A DNA stretch of 64,000 bases from Trichosphaerium sp. ATCC 40318 (Eukaryota; Protista; Tubulinea). Under the pieces are notes generated by a model, which was given only the letters and a program-made list of their open reading frames with translations, was not told the DNA's origin and did not search any database. A program made the translations under genes and the position numbers. The stretch covers positions 62,001-126,000 of the forward strand of contig JALMLS010000122.1 in assembly GCA_038496445.1 (NCBI GenBank), in the 5' to 3' direction. Below are positions 63,857 to 64,000 of this stretch, piece by piece (within the stretch, counting starts at the first letter, position 1; every line of letters begins with the position of its first letter).

Positions 63857-64000
63857 ACGGCAGTCAAGTTATTAATAACTATCAAGTCAACCTGCACTTT
63901 TCTTGCTGAACAAAACGTCTTAACTGAACATTATTGCGTAATTGCAAAGTCTGGTCAAAGTAAATAATAATTAATAATCTATTGATAACTTGACTGCTGT
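63857..64000. repeat. 21-bp inverted repeat bounding ~144 bp (may extend beyond the window)
   Basis: acggcagtcaagttattaata (63857-63877) versus tattgataacttgactgctgt (63980-64000), 19/21 complementary. Confidence 0.7.

Noticed and set aside
1-64000. Stop-codon reassignment to explain short ORFs
   Set aside because: Breaks are explained by short introns; TAA, TAG and TGA all terminate genes.

Overview
AT-rich, gene-dense, intron-rich eukaryotic DNA. It is most likely from an amoebozoan, given the Dictyostelium-type STAT and an ABP34-family actin bundler. Introns are short (mostly about 40-150 nt), so the ORF track shows only exon fragments; the gene models below were spliced by hand. Host genes: ABP34-like, ZNFX1-like helicase with two cold-shock domains, a mucin-stalk surface protein split by a frameshift, GRAM-GRAM-EF-hand-PIP5K, PKR1, a PAK kinase, an OSCA/TMEM63-like channel, RPN13, a secreted SLOG-fold protein, NUP210, a SMYD-type SET protein, an FG-GAP/integrin-alpha-like receptor, F-box-UBL, a GPI-anchored surface protein, STAT, JmjC and a few hypotheticals. 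Between them lies an intronless F-box plus 22-aa LRR family resembling giant-virus genes, with 2 intact genes and 4 relics in 64 kb, plus an intronless F-box-MORN gene. Non-coding highlights: a ~545-nt foldback in the longest intron found, a candidate H/ACA snoRNA, about 8-fold excess of CACGTG, and frequent GC-AG and AAG splice sites. All family assignments come from motif recognition, not database searches.
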